A stretch of DNA of 63,835 nucleotides from Carcharhinus longimanus (GCA_030264375.1 JASCQW010000099.1:50677770-50741604), one strand, 5' to 3'. Shown: positions 23,936 to 37,686, counted from the stretch's first letter. Notes: generated by a model not told the origin, from the letters alone. Translations and numbers: made by a program.

Positions 23936-25562
23936 CCTTATAATTCAAACCATCAAGTCCCAGTAGCATCCTAGTAAATCTTTTCTGCACTCTTTCTAGT
24001 TTAATAATATCCATTCTATAATAGGGTGACCAGAACTGTACATGGTTTTCGAAGTGTGGCCTTGCTAAAGTTTTACACAACTTCAACAAGATGACTCAAC
24101 TCCTGTATTCAGTGTTCTGATCAATGAAACCAAGACTGCCGAATGCCGCCTTCACCACCCTGTCTGACTGTTACTCCACTTTCAAAGAGCTATGAACCTG
24201 TACCTCTAGATCTTTGTTCTATAACTCTCCCCAAGGCCCTGCCATTAACTGAGTAATCCTGCCCTGGTTCAGTCTACCAAAATGCGTTACCTCTCAAAAT
24301 CAACTCCATCTGCCATTCATCAGCCCATTGGCCCAATTGATCAAAATCCCATTGCAATTCTAGTTAAGCTTCTTCAGTGTCCACTACGCCATGAATCTTG
24401 GTGGTCATCTGCAAACTTTCTAACTATACCTCCTAAATTCCTATTCAAGTGGTTAATATAAATGACAAATAATAGTGGACCCTGCACAGAGCCCTGAGGC
24501 ACACCGCTGGTCACAGGCCTCCACTTTGAAAACCAACCTTCTGTAACCACCCTCTGTCTTCTGTCATCAAGCCAATTTTGTATTCATTTGGCTACGTCAC
24601 CCTGGATCCCATGATGATCAACCTTTGGCAAGCACCGCATGGTAGGTTGTTGCATATGTCCATGTAGACAACTTTAACTGCACTGCCCTCATCTACCTTC
24701 TTGGCTACCTTTTCAAAAAACTCAATCAAATTTATGAGACACGATCTTCCACACAAAGCCATGCTGACTGCCCCTAATCAATCTTTACCCCTCTAAATGC
24801 CTGTAGATCCTGTCTCAGAATACCTTCTAACAATTTATCCACTACAGACGTTAGGCTCACTGGCCTTTAGTTCCCAGGCTTTTCCCTGCAGTCCTTCTTA
24901 AACAAAGGCACAACATTTGCCCCCCTCCAAAAATCAGGCACCTCACCTGTGGCTGTCGATGGTTCAAATATTTTCCTCCCTAGCCTCCCACAATATCCTG
25001 GGATATATTTCATCTATCTTGAAAATCTTAGCAGGTCTGGCAGCATCTGTAAGGAGAGAAAAGAGCTGACAAAGGGTCATCTGGACCCGAAACATCAGCT
25101 GTTTTGTCTCCTTACAACTCTTGCCAGATCTGCTGAGATTTTCCAGCATTTTCTTTTTTGGTTTCAGATTCCAGCATCTGCAGTACTTTGCTTTTTGCCT
25201 TCATCTACTTCAATGTGCTTTAAGACTTCCAGTACCACCACTTCTGTAATATATACACTCCTCAAGATATCACTATTTATTTCCCCAAGTTCCTTAATAT
25301 ACATGCCTTTCTCAACAGTAAATACTGATGAGAAACATTAACTTATGATCTCGCCCATCTTTTGTGGATCTGCACATAGATGACCTTGTTGATCCTTAAG
25401 AGGTTATGTTCTTTCCCTAGTTACTCTTTTGCCCTTTATGTGCTTGTAGAAGCTCTTTGGATTCTCCTTTTCCTTATTTGCTGTAGCAATCTTGTGTCCC
25501 CTCTTTGCCGTCCTGATTTCTCTCTTAACTCTACTCCGACGCCCTCTTTATTCTTCAAAGGA
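23936..25562 (-). mobile_element. Long CR1 LINE ORF2 fragment (RT domain), interrupted near 25010-25200
   Basis: Reverse translation LCKTLARPHFENHVQFWSPYYRMDIIKLERVQKRFTRMLLGL. Further decayed RT motifs on the reverse strand (gtcatctgcaaac = FADD; ccctgaggcacacc = GVPQG; aagccatgctg = QHGF). Confidence 0.9.
25018..25197. mobile_element. Penelope-derived inverted-repeat element inserted in CR1
   Basis: gaaaatcttagcaggtctggca...tgtaaggaga pairs with tctccttaca...tgccagatctgctgagattttc. The centre holds CTGACAAA-GGGTC-ATCTG-GACCC-GAAAC. Confidence 0.75.
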
Positions 25563-25569
25563 ACCAATT

Positions 25570-25650
25570 GGGTGGCACAGTGGTTAGCACTGCTGCCTCA
25601 CAGCACAAGGGATTCGGGTTCAATTTCTGCCATTGTCTGTGTGGAATGTG
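25570..25650 (+). mobile_element. V-domain SINE head fragment
   Basis: gggtggcacagtggttagcactgctgcctcacagcacaagggattcgggttcaatttc...tgtctgtgtgga. Confidence 0.75.
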
Positions 25651-27040
25651 ATCTTTTGCTTAAAGGAGGAGAGAGGGAGGGGAAATACTGAAGTAGTTGT
25701 TTGAGGTTTAAATGTCCCTTGAAAACATACTGTCCTCAGACCTAATTTTGGGTCTGACTGAGGTTGGTGAAGCAAAGACTTTGTGTGACTCTTAACATGG
25801 AGGACCATGTTTAAGGCAGTTGAAGATTCCACCCAAGTCATGGCCCTGTATTAAATCCTGGGTCCTAACCATTTTCTGAAGGCTTCTGTTGTACTTCTGC
25901 TGAAGATAAAAGGCAATGTAAATTTGGGTTCGCACCTTAATGGGCTAAAAGGCCTTTTACAGTGCTGCAATGAGTGTGTGATTTAAAACATATGTTCATG
26001 TTAATTTAACCAAAAAAGATTTTCTCAAAAAATGCATGCTACTCGGTGCATTGGTAAATAGAGGTGCAAAATTAAGCTATTGGGAATATTTAGATTGAAT
26101 GTTATATTAAATTAAGATTGTCAAAGCGTATATTTAGCAATAACATTTGGCCAAACATCCTTCTTCAGCTGCAATTATTTTGTGATCATGACAATAAGGA
26201 TATTATTGAATCATGATATCTGTAAATTGCTTTAGTTTGTTCGTATTATGTTTCCCCCTGAATGGTAGCCTGCATCATGCACCAATCAAAGGGTGAACAG
26301 GCAATCGACTTCCAGGCTTTTCCCCATGTAGGCCAGATGGAGGAGGTGCATCAAAACACCCTGGCGAGATAATACCCTGTGTCCCATCCTTCTGGGGATG
26401 CACCTGGTCCCATCTCCATGCTTCATGGTGTTGTGTTTTTTCTCCTGAACAGATGTTTGGGAAAGGGAAAATAGAATACACAAATATAGGATCTTTTTAT
26501 CATTCAACCTAAACTATTTTATAAGATCACAAAATGTGATAAACCTGGAAAGTATTGAAATTTGTCACAGCTACTTGGGCTAATCTTGCTACGATTAAGC
26601 AGTTGTCAGTTCTTGCACTGTTGCTTTTTGTATGATATGCATGCAAATTTGGGAGAATAAATATGTCTGCAATTTGTTTTTAAATGTACTTCAATGATGG
26701 ATTCAATTCATAGATTAAATAAGATTTCAGTTGAGCATCAAATCAATTGAATGATCTCTAATGATTTAGTTTGTTTTTGCAGTGACCTATTTATTGAACT
26801 AACCATGTAGACAGTGAGACAAAACTGCTTCATTAGGAATTCTGAACAGGACACCGTTCTGATTTTACAAAATATCCCAAATGTATATATTGCATACATT
26901 TTTAAATAACGTCACTTAAGGTGGTTTTAAAAAAAAACCTTTCTGAACATATTTGATTTCATTTAGAATTTTAGTGACCAAAGTGTATTGTGAGATTGAC
27001 ATTTTAAACTGCTCATCCTGTTATGTTTTCCTATTGACAG

Positions 27041-27235
27041 TTTAATAGGTGCATCACCTCGCAGCTTATCAAGTGGTTCAGCAATTTCCGAGAATTTTAC
27101 TACATACAGATGGAGAAGTTCGCTCGTCAGTCCATTAATGATGGAGTAACAAGCACCGAGGAGTTAACTGTCTCCCGTGACTCTGAACTCTTCAGAGCCT
27201 TGAATATGCACTACAACAAAGCAAACGATTTTGAG
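27041..27235 (+). CDS. PROX1: PROX1 exon encoding the homeodomain recognition helix and start of the Prospero domain (65 aa)
   Basis: Acceptor ttttcctattgacag|; 195 nt translating FNRCITSQLIKWFSNFREFYYIQMEKFARQSINDGVTSTEELTVSRDSELFRALNMHYNKANDFE; donor GAG|GTACAG. Confidence 0.98.
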
Positions 27236-28669
27236 GTACAGACTAATTTGTTTCTTTTTTAAAGTGGCTGATCAGGAGCAATTGTGAAGGCTGATTTTTT
27301 TTTGTGTTTTAATTGTATTTGTGAATATACCTTGGCCTCATGGAACTAATTTGTCTGTCTTTGTAGAAAAAGAGTAGGATCATGAGCCCAGGACTTTGTT
27401 TTAATGCTTATAGATTGACAAGTATGTGTTGTAAGTATGTGTTGATGGAAGCTTACTCATTATGATATTGAATGCGAAAGAAATGCATCCTAATAATTTG
27501 TGCCGGCTAAAATAATTTTGGTTTGCCAAGCAAAAGGAATTAAAATCATAGCTTGAGGTCCTAATGTTGCAATTTTAGAGATCTCGCTTTGTTGTCTGCT
27601 AATTTTGTGTTTTGACCTTGGGTGTTCTCAGCAGTTAGTCTTTGATGTCGGTGAAATTTAAATTCCACTGTGTCACAAAACTCTTGGTATGATGCAATCT
27701 GCTTTATAGAGGTCACCCAGAAGAAGCCACCATAAAATATTTAAACAGAGGTACTGACCACTGTCACAGGAAAGAAGGAAGTAGAACTGAGTTTTTAAAA
27801 AATTGTAAAATATTGACCAATATTTTACAATAGTCTTTCTCCATTCACATGCATTTTCTAAGTTATCCCATAGACCATAATGGTTGATATAAAGTTAGGT
27901 AGTGAAGTAGGATTTACTCACTTCATTCTGTATTTGGTTTTTTGGGAAAAATGTGCTTTAGGAAGGAAGTAAAAGGGTATATTGCCACTAGAGGATGAGA
28001 ATTAACTTCCATACAGCTGAGTGTGAAATGTTTAGAAGAGATATGGAAAGTTTTTTTTGAAAGGGGGAATTTAGCTCTTACAGATCCAATTCAGCTTGGA
28101 TAGAGATGTTGGCATACAAGAGAGAAAGAAAGTAATAATTTGGAATTATTGTAGGCAACCAGGATGCCAAGAGGACATTGGCTTATTTCAACAAATAAAA
28201 ACTGGATCAGGAAAAGAAGAGAGAGATGGTTATGAGGGATTGTATCTGACTTAAATTAAAGTAGAATAGGGAGGGAAATATCTTAAATGTCAATTTGAGG
28301 ACTCAGTGTAGTCTGTCATTTGATCTTGTTTAAGTCGAGAACTAGGAATTTATATACTTTAATATTAGATTTATTGAGCTAGAGATGGTGAAAAACATCT
28401 AAGGTAAAGAAAGTAACATTAAATTTGATGATGTGGTGCACTTAGGAGTAAGTGAATCAATAAAATGCAGTAAAGTTAATTTTAAGGTCAAAATGGTTAG
28501 GATGAACTAAGGGAAAGAGTAGTCTGTTCCCAATTAAAAATTAAATGTTATGTGCATTCTGTAGTGAAAAAGAATTCTATCTTATAAGAAGTAAGAGGCT
28601 GTTGCTGAAATTTAAGCCTAGAGTTTAAATTTCAGCAACCAGCTAGCCTGTATCCATTTTGGTTTTAAT

Positions 28670-28955
28670 CTGTAATTGGGATATTAGCAATATCGATGAT
28701 GCAGTATTTTGTCGCCCATCTTAAATTACCCTGAGGGCATTGAGTTGACCACAAATTGTGGGATTGGAGTCCGTAGGTGGCCAAACCACATTAGGGTGGC
28801 AGATTTTCTTCCTCAAAATACATTAGTGAGCTAGTTGAGTTTTGAGATCAAGAATTTATGGTGTTAATGCACACATTATCAGATTTATTTAACTCAAGTT
28901 AGCAGTTTTTCATGTTGGGCTTCTTGAGTTGTAGTACATAACTATCAGCCTATTG
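28670..28955 (-). mobile_element. Degenerate copy of the SINE family seen at 45470
   Basis: cagtattttgtcgcccatcttaaattaccctgagggcattgagttgaccaca...gtaggtggccaaacc...ggcagattttcttcctcaaaatacattagtgagc parallels 45500-45660. Confidence 0.55.
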
Positions 28956-29273
28956 CCTTGGTAACAGCTGCACAACCAAATTGTTGGTTAGCAGCAGGAA
29001 AATGGACAGATGTTGGAATTCTACTTGCTTTAACAGCTATCTTGTGTTCTGGTGGATTTTTTGATTACCCATGGAAAGTGCCCATTCATTTTTGGATGCA
29101 CAAATTAAACATGAATTATTGTGATATACAAGCCATTTTCTATTTTGTGTAAATTCATTCATATTCCTACCAATGCAGATTAGGATCTACAGGTATTAGC
29201 CACCAAAGAAGGAAAGTTCTATGTTCACTACTAACAGCTACTTTTCACTTGCCATCTGTATCATTTAACATTT

Positions 29274-29563
29274 GTTTATTTATTAATGTCAAAAGTAGGC
29301 TCACATTAACACTGCAATGAAGTTACTGTGAAAATCTCCTAGTCACCACACTCCAGTGTCTATTCGGGTACACTGAGGGAGAATTTAGCCTGGCCAGACC
29401 ACCTAACCAGCACATCATTTGGAGTGTGGGAGGAAACCAGAGCACCCGAAGGAAACCCACACAGACACAGGGAATGTGCAGACTCTGCATAGACAGTGAT
29501 CCAAGCTGGGAATCGAAACATGGTCCTTGGCACTGCAAAGCAGCAGTGCTAACCGCTGTGCCA
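29274..29563 (-). mobile_element. V-domain SINE with alternative tail ending AATAAATAAAC
   Basis: Same head and core as the HE1-like copies, but the reverse-strand tail is cacagtaacttcattgcagtgttaatgtgagcctacttttgacattaataaataaac. Confidence 0.85.
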
Positions 29564-32454
29564 TACGATTTACTATTTAATGCTCTCCTAGTTGGTTGTT
29601 TTTCCCCTCCTTCTCCCCTCAACCCCCATTTCTAATCAGAGGAAAAAAAGATATGCAACAGCATGCGACCAGGCTAGTGAGGCTATTCTGTGCATATCAC
29701 CTAACTGCTTAAACTCCACACGTCAAAGTAGAATTATACCAATGGTCATTAAGGTTGCCGTGTTACTGTTTAATTTCCATGTCACTCAGCACAGCTTTAA
29801 CATTAACTAAACAGCTATGTACAATTGCATTAGACTACAGATTCATCATATTCTTGTTGAATAGTGGTGCAGGCTCAAGGGGCTGAATGGCCTACTTCTC
29901 CTATTTTGTATGTTCATATGTATGTTCATATGGATTCATTATTCCCTAAATGTATCTACTCTATTGACAGCCAGTCAGAAAATGACAAAGCAGCAATTTT
30001 ACAAAATGACCAGCTTCCCTCCTGTCCAAAGGGACAGATATCAATTGTCTTTTGCTCAAGACCTCTACTGACATTAACAAGAACTGATTTTCTTAACAAG
30101 TAGTTTGGGATGGGCAGCCCAGCATAATACTTTTGCTTCCCTGGAATTGTGACAATTCCTTCATATTAAAGCTATCTTTGACCTTTTAAAGCACAATGCT
30201 GCATAACTGCTGGGAGATCAAGGTTATCCTCTGCACCCCTGGTTAATGGTGCATGTACTGTCCCAGGACACCAGATGAGAACCACTTTAATGAGATTCAT
30301 TCATTACTATCATTGAGTACATCACCAGCATGTTGAAGGTGCACTACGAGTGTTTGAATCAATCTATAAAGGAGATTCAAAATTGATATGGAGGAGAAAG
30401 AGGAAGGGGACTGGGAGGAGTATGGAGGTGAAGGAGTTATGGCTGAAATTTCTGTATTTTGTTTTGGAATCCAATCATAATCCCAGAAATAGACGACCTG
30501 TTGGTTTGACATCTATAAGCAGAAAAATGTTGAACGTAAATCTGACTTTGTAGGGTTTACAATGTTTGTTTGCCACCAGATTCCCTCTGCATCCTTCAGC
30601 TCAAAAATTTGGGCTACGTTAATGATATCTTAAATTAAGTACAGAAAGAGCAATGGAGAGGGGAGGAATATTGAAATGAGAGGGGGAAAAAGAGAAAGAA
30701 AGGAAAGTGTTTTTAAAAAAGCTTGCATTTAAAAAAAAAAATTAAAACCTGAAGGAATGAGAGTCCACATACATGATAGTTAATGTTCATTGTTAGAGGG
30801 ATTATTTGGCAAAAATTAGCATTTATCATATCTTCAAAAAGATACTTGCGTTTGTCATATCAAGACTTTTTTTATGTACTTCAAACCATTCTTCTTTTAA
30901 TAGGCAAATTTCTACAAAAATGGAGGCTAAGGGTGAGAAGTTATTTTCATAAAGCTAACAGTGGAGTAGTGTAACTAGTACTGCAACTTTTGGGCATTCG
31001 CATTTAACTTCTCATCTGTTCCCAACCTGAAGTGACTACCATTTTCCCAATGATAACAGTGAGCACCATTTAGCCCAGCAAATTCTCACCTGATCGATTT
31101 AGAAGGAGCAGCTAATGGAAAAAAAACACTGCACCCATGAATTTATGAATAGCAGATGACTCTTATTACTGAAGGATGGCATACAACTTGTGGAAAAAGG
31201 TAGTGTGGTGGATGTTATTTTGTTTGATGTTCAGTCTGAAAGTATCCTTAACATCAAACTTGTGGCTAAACAGAGAGCTTTTGAAATGGAGGGTGTTTCT
31301 AAATGGTTACTAATAGGAGATAAATAATTACTTCAGTCAATGGCAGAATTTCAAATTGGCCAGCCATGGGTAATGGAATACCACACAGATCAGTCAGGAA
31401 CAGCCAGATCTCTGATTTTTGTTAGTCTCTGTCTTAATCTCAATTGTCCTTCTCTTTGTACCCTTAGAGATTGGCAGCCAAAATTAAATGTATGGAAAAT
31501 AAAGTTACTGTTGGGTTGAAAAATATCTAAGCATGACCTAAAAAATAAAAGTTGTGGTGGTCTTGTTGTTCAGCAGCCTGTCCCCCAGGTCTCCCACCCA
31601 CCATATGGTCAGCAAGGGCTCGAAGGCCACATTAGCTTTTCTGTGTGCCTTCGCATTGAGGATATCCAGCAAATAAAAGAACAGGAGCCAGAAAGCCTTA
31701 AGTGATTCAGTTTACTCCCTCCCTCAACACATTTCAATGGTGGTGTCTGTCCTGTGCATTCTGCATACTCGGGGTATGTCAACCCACCATTTGCCACCAC
31801 AGAAAGTTCCAGAAATCCAAAAATAGCATTTTTTTTAAAAAAAAGATAGAAAACCAATAACCTGAGTTTGGCTCCTTTCCTTGAATCTTGTGTCAATGGA
31901 ATGTTCAGTTCCCCCCAGTGTAAGGAAAATTAGCCCTCGTAAAGATGAAATTTGGTGTCATTGTACTTATAAAAGTATTATGTAGAATCACTTGTCACTG
32001 CATGTGTCCTTGAGTTTGGAAGTCCTCTTGTGTCTGAACCATATCAGAAGTACTTGGCCTTCATCTTAATGCATGCTTGCACATTCTCCAGCTTCAAAGC
32101 TGATATTGGAGATGCACTCTGATACTTGGAGATTTTTCTTTTGATTTGCAGTGATTAGAAGAATTTTCACAATCCATTACCAAACATGTATGGTGGGGGT
32201 GGAAGAGAAAAATATATTGAATTATTCTTAGAACTGCCATAGGAAGAAAATCTATTGCTGACTAAGTGCAGTACAAAGTAACAGCAGAACCAAATGAAAA
32301 TGTTTCATTGATTTCTACAAGCAATGTTTGATACGCAACTATCACTCCATGAAATAGACAAGTAAATGCAGTTGTTTTTTTCCAATAAATGCTCGTCTCT
32401 TTTTGAGAGTAATGAACCTAATTGAATTGAAGTAAATTACTCATGTAAATGACA

Positions 32455-32726
32455 CTTGGAACATAGAACAGTACAGCACAGTACAGGCCTTTCAGCCCTT
32501 GATGTTGTGCCAAGCTATGTCCAAACCCAATATCAAGTTATCCCACTTCCTATCATTCTCGTGTGTTCCATGTACCTATCCAAAAACCACTCAAGTTCCT
32601 AAAGTGTCTGACTCCACTATCACAGCAGGCAGTGCATTCCACATCCCAACCACTCTGAGTAAAGAAACTACCTCTGACATCCCTCTTAAATCTCCCACCA
32701 TTAACCTTTCTAGTTATGCCCCCTAG
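32455..32726 (-). mobile_element. CR1-clade LINE 3' end
   Basis: gaacatagaacagtacagcacagtacaggcctttcagccc tail. Reverse translation KVNGGRFKRDVRGSFFTQ matches the CR1 C-terminus. Confidence 0.8.
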
Positions 32727-34050
32727 TAGAAGCCACATTCACTTGGTGGGAATATTTTGAATATTCGATTCATTGAACCTTATATTCAAATATCTTACGT
32801 AAATGATGTTAATTAATTACACAAGTCACCCCATAGTGTAGTCGCATGTTGTATTGCCAGATTTGAGTTTTTGACAGTGGGATAATTTATCAATTTGGAG
32901 CACCAATTCCAGAGACACAGGTCGGTGCACAGACACCAACTAACAATCTCCTTATTCCCCATAGGAAGCAAGGGAAATTTGGGCATATTAATCCATGAGC
33001 TGCTGGTCCATGCCATTTCAGCTAATAACAGCTATCCTACTTGACCGACCTCCTTTGTTGCCTATAGGGGGATGCTTGGGGTGAATGTGGGGGTGGGCAC
33101 ATGGAGGAATTTTGAAAATCAAGGGTGAACATCATCTAGCAAAGCCTCAGGATTATGAAAACCACTCTGTTCCTGCATGCATGCTTTCTTGGAAAATGAG
33201 AGAGCACGCAAATTGCAGATAGCCTCGCATTTCCAGTATTTCGAGTTGATATCTAACAATTTGACTTATGCCGTGCCAATAATTGCCATGAAGTACCAAG
33301 TCAGCACCCCTCTTGCACTGTCGTGATGGTTGTGAAGCTACTTGCAAACACATGTATAACCAGGTTTGAGATTGTTGCATGCTGTGTGTACTGTTGGTGC
33401 AAAGTGATTCCAAGGAAGTCAGTCCAGGATACATGGTCAATACCCGGACTACTATTTAAAAAGTGCATCATTGTAGTTAACAGGCAGCACTTGATTTGTG
33501 CTAGTAAGTAAGTGGAAACATTGATGTGCGTAGGATCCTGAAGAATTGTACTGGGATTTTTCTCCTTTTGAGAAGAGAAAGTTGAGAAGATTTGATCGAG
33601 GTGTTTGAGAGGGCTGGACAGAATTGTATTAAACTGGAGTTGGACAAGGCTGCTCTACAAAACACGCGAATGTGCATTTTGCCTTGTGTTTACAATCGAG
33701 TCATCTGAATGCAGCACCACAATTGGAGTATCCTGCAAATAAAGCACACAAACCCCCAAATAACTCCATACAAATATTAGAATGCAACTTTTCTGTTTGC
33801 CTTATACAACCTAGCACGTTTTCCACTTGTCGATGGTCTTCATTATTGTCTGAAATCTTCAACCTTTACTTTTCAGTCTTAATGGAATTGGACCTGAATT
33901 TTCACTTCTCAGTCGGGAACTCACTGCAAAAGCACCTTGGGAGAAAATGCCACAAATAGTCTGATTTTTATTTGGGGGGTTGCNNNNNNNNNNNNNNNNN
34001 NNNNNNNNNNNNNNNNNNNNNNNNNNNNNNNNNNNNNNNNNNNNNNNNNN

Positions 34051-34900
34051 AGGTTCAGAGGCGCCCTGCGTGAAAGGCCAGGATCCGCACTTCAGCATTT
34101 GTCACAGCTGTAAAAAAAAATCACAGAATAGTTCCCCTCCCCAACACTCCCCATGCCATCTCACCCACCCTATAGTCCCTTATACCATTCATATTAATCT
34201 ATGCCCCTCTACCAAACCATCATGACCTCTTGTATCACAGTGCCCTTCCATGCCCCTCTGTGGCCTCTGTGCTAACTTGGTGCAACTCATGCAATCCATG
34301 CCACAGCACCCTTTGCCTTTTATACCCTCAAGACAACTTGCCCATTATTCACAATTGGCAGACCTCAAAACCCATGCAGAGATGAAACAAATTTAATTTC
34401 TATTAAATATCTATTGATGACTCCACTACCTTAAAAAAAACTCAGTAATTGATAAGCCATTCATAACATTTAAATTAATTGAACTATTAAATCTCTTAAA
34501 ACAAGCATTTGTATTCATACCCTATATAACCACTTTGAACTGACAAACATCTCACTGTGATAGACTGTGGAATCAGTCATGTAGAATAAATCCTATAATG
34601 AGACCTCGGGCTTATGCCAACAGAGTGAAAGGCTGTATGTGTTTTTAAAATGACAGACATCTTTTACATTTAAAAGGCAGGATATTGAAATACCTTGATA
34701 GTTCCCAGGGAATTTAAATGCCTTGCCAGTTTGATAGGTCCTTTGTGTTTACTTGCTTTTTATGCTTGTTCATTTCTACGTTTAACAATTCCAAAGAATG
34801 CCTGATAGCTCTCAAAGATGTCTCTGCACCCCGCCAAAAAGATATCCTACTCCCCAAAGAACTCTAATACGTCTAAATCTTCTCTTGAAACATGTAATGC
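34051..34900 (+). repeat. Dispersed ~1-kb non-autonomous element, related to 50010-51140 (+) and ~47500-48450 (-)
   Basis: Blocks shared with the 50-kb copy in the same order: ctatgcccctctac; aagca..ttgtattcata; gtgatag..tgtggaa; gggaatttaaat..cttg.cagtttg.tag.tcc. Confidence 0.6.
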
Positions 34901-35049
34901 CCACAAATCATGATTTGGACAACCAGTAATGAAAATTGGATCTGTTTGGCACCTGCACTTTTACACATGTCTCCATGAACCACAGATGTGCAAACTACAA
35001 CCTGCTCCTGTTCCACCACGGTGAAAATTGCAGGTGGATTTCTGGCACC

Positions 35050-36420
35050 GTTTTGGCTAAGCTGGAGATCCTTTCTGTCATTGCAAAATATTTGACTCTT
35101 GGAGTTTAGCAAGTAAATTGCAGAGGTGCTGGCCATAATCTTCAAATCCTAGTAGATTAGGAAATTGCAAATGCTACACCCTGGTTCACAAAAGGTACAA
35201 CCATAAAGTAGGCAGCTACAGCCAGTTAGTTTAACCTCCAGTGGGAAAGTTTATACAAAAAGTAATCTCAGCAAAAAGAACAGTCACTTGGACAAGGGTG
35301 GATTAAGGAAACACAGAATGGATTTGTTAAAGGCTACTCATGCTTAACTAACTTGACTGATTTTTTTTTTACATATACAACAGGGAATTGAAGATTTTGC
35401 TTCTGATGCAATGTATATGGACTTGAAATAGGTGTTTGATAAAGTGTCACATCCTTGCCAGCAAAGTCAAAGCCCATAGAATAAAAAAGGACAGTGATGG
35501 CATGAATATAAAATCGGTTAAAGCACAGTGACATAGTTGTTTTTTGGAACTGGAGGAATGTATGCAATGGTGAGGGAAGTACAAAATTGCTGCTTTTCTG
35601 ATCTATTTTAACGACCTAATTTTGGGTGTAAGGATAACACTAGACTTGGAAGTATTGTAAACTGTGAGGACAGTGATATACTTCCGGACAACGTAGGATG
35701 GTGGAATGAGTGGACTCTTGGCAGGTGATATATAATGCAAAGAAGTGTGAAATGATAATTTTGGTAGGGAGAATGAGGAAAGGCAACATAAATGAAAGGA
35801 TAGAATTCTCAAGGGGATAAAGGAACAGAGACATCTGGTTGCAAACACACAAATCATTGAAAGTGACAAAATAGGTTGAGAAAGTGGTTAACAACAGGAT
35901 ATGGGATCCTTGGCTTTGTAAATAGGGTATAGAGTTCAAAACCAGGGAACTCTGAGGGGTTTTGATAAAACATTGGTTTGGCAACAAGTGGAATATTATG
36001 TCCAACTCTGGACAACAGGTTTTAGAAAGGTTTTTATGAAAATATTTTCAGCAATTAGGAACTGTTACGTGGATAGATTGAAGAAGCTGGGGTTATTCTC
36101 CTTTGAGAGGAGGTTTGATAAGAGGTGTTCGTGATGTCAATGGGAACAATTTCCCTCCTAAAGACGAGTCAAGAATGAGAGGATGGAGATCTGAAGTGAT
36201 TATTGAAATAACCCATTTTTATACAGCAAATGATTGCAATCTGGAATGCACTGCCTGAGATTTTGATGGAGTCTGATTCAGTCATGTTCTTTGGAAGTGA
36301 TTTGAATAAACACATGATGAGACAATTTGTAGGGTTACAAGGAAAGGACAGGGGAGTGGCATAGCTAAATTGCTCTTGCAGACAGTCAGCAGATACTAGA
36401 CAGACCAATGGCAGTAAATA
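35050..36420 (+). mobile_element. Decayed CR1 LINE ORF2 3' half and 3'UTR
   Basis: Decayed QHGFVKG-SCLTNL (gaatggatttgttaaaggctactcatgcttaactaacttg), FDKV-H (tttgataaagtgtcacat), DRLKKLGLFS (gatagattgaagaagctggggttattctcc) and WNALP (tggaatgcactgcct). Confidence 0.85.
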
Positions 36421-37661
36421 CTCCATGAATCAAACTTTGGTGGTAGGTTGTTCGATTTTAAATAATCAATAGGATTCCCTTCATGACCTCACTGTTTGGA
36501 GAAGTGGAAGTCTTATGATCCAGGTCTTCCAGTTACCAGCCTACCACTGACTTATTTCGTTTGTTCAGTTAGCATTTATGCTGGAACCTTTGCAGTTTCT
36601 GATGCTGGCTTCGGCAAGGTTATAGTGACAAACAAAACTGGGAGACCAGCGAAGGAAACCCCCTTTTTTTTATCATGAATTAAAGATATGCCCCATTAAG
36701 AATTGTCTTCAGTTCTTCGACTTGCAAAGTTTTAAATGGATTTATCACTCCTAACACTGCACAGCCTCTCTCTCACCAATAATGCTCACCCATCACAACG
36801 NNNNNNNNNNNNNNNNNNNNNNNNNNNNNNNNNNNNNNNNNNNNNNNNNNNNNNNNNNNNNNNNNNNNNNNNNNNNNNNNNNNNNNNNNNNNNNNNNNNN
36901 CAACAATAAGGCTAACCCAACACAACGCTTACCCCGCTTCTCCCCCCCCCCCCCCATCCCTCTCAATGCTTATCCTCATCTCCAATAGTGCTCACCCTCC
37001 CTCACCCTTCCACTCCCTGATGATGACTCTTCTGACATCAACTGTTTAGGAGCCAGGGAAACCGAATATTGGCTTGACATGCTAGCTGGTTTATTTAGTT
37101 ACACCTGCTCCAAAAAGCTCTAAGTAAATCTTTGTAAAAAGCAATGCAAGTCTAGGGCAAACAGCCCAAGCCACCATTGTTCTGACCATCTCATCCACTG
37201 TCATAGTCTATCAATTCAGACAGGATAAAACTGACAACTTGATGATTATACATCCTGCAGATGTGTGCTTCAGGACTTCCTTAGGGTTCTCAGGCACATC
37301 AGCAACTTCGGTTGAGTCATTTGCTGCTCCACATCCTGGAAGACTCAGGCCATCATGCTAAACCAGCTTCCTTCTGAGTTACTGTAGAATTTGACTTTAT
37401 ACAAGGAAGTTTATAGCTACTGTCCTTTTAAGAGGTGTTCCACTATGTAATATAGCTGTAAAAATGCTCATTCACCAATTTAGAGAAAACACAAGTTAAA
37501 ACTATACTGGCAGCCTCGTGTCTACAGTCAGCACCCAAGATGATGCTGAGTACAAAATCTANNNNNNNNNNNNNNNNNNNNNNNNNNNNNNNNNNNNNNN
37601 NNNNNNNNNNNNNNNNNNNNNNNNNNNNNNNNNNNNNNNNNNNNNNNNNNNNNNNNNNNNN

Positions 37662-37686
37662 ACACACACACACACACACACACACA
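37662..37686. repeat. (AC)n microsatellite abutting an assembly gap
   Basis: acacacacacacacacacacacaca directly after the N run. Confidence 0.9.
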
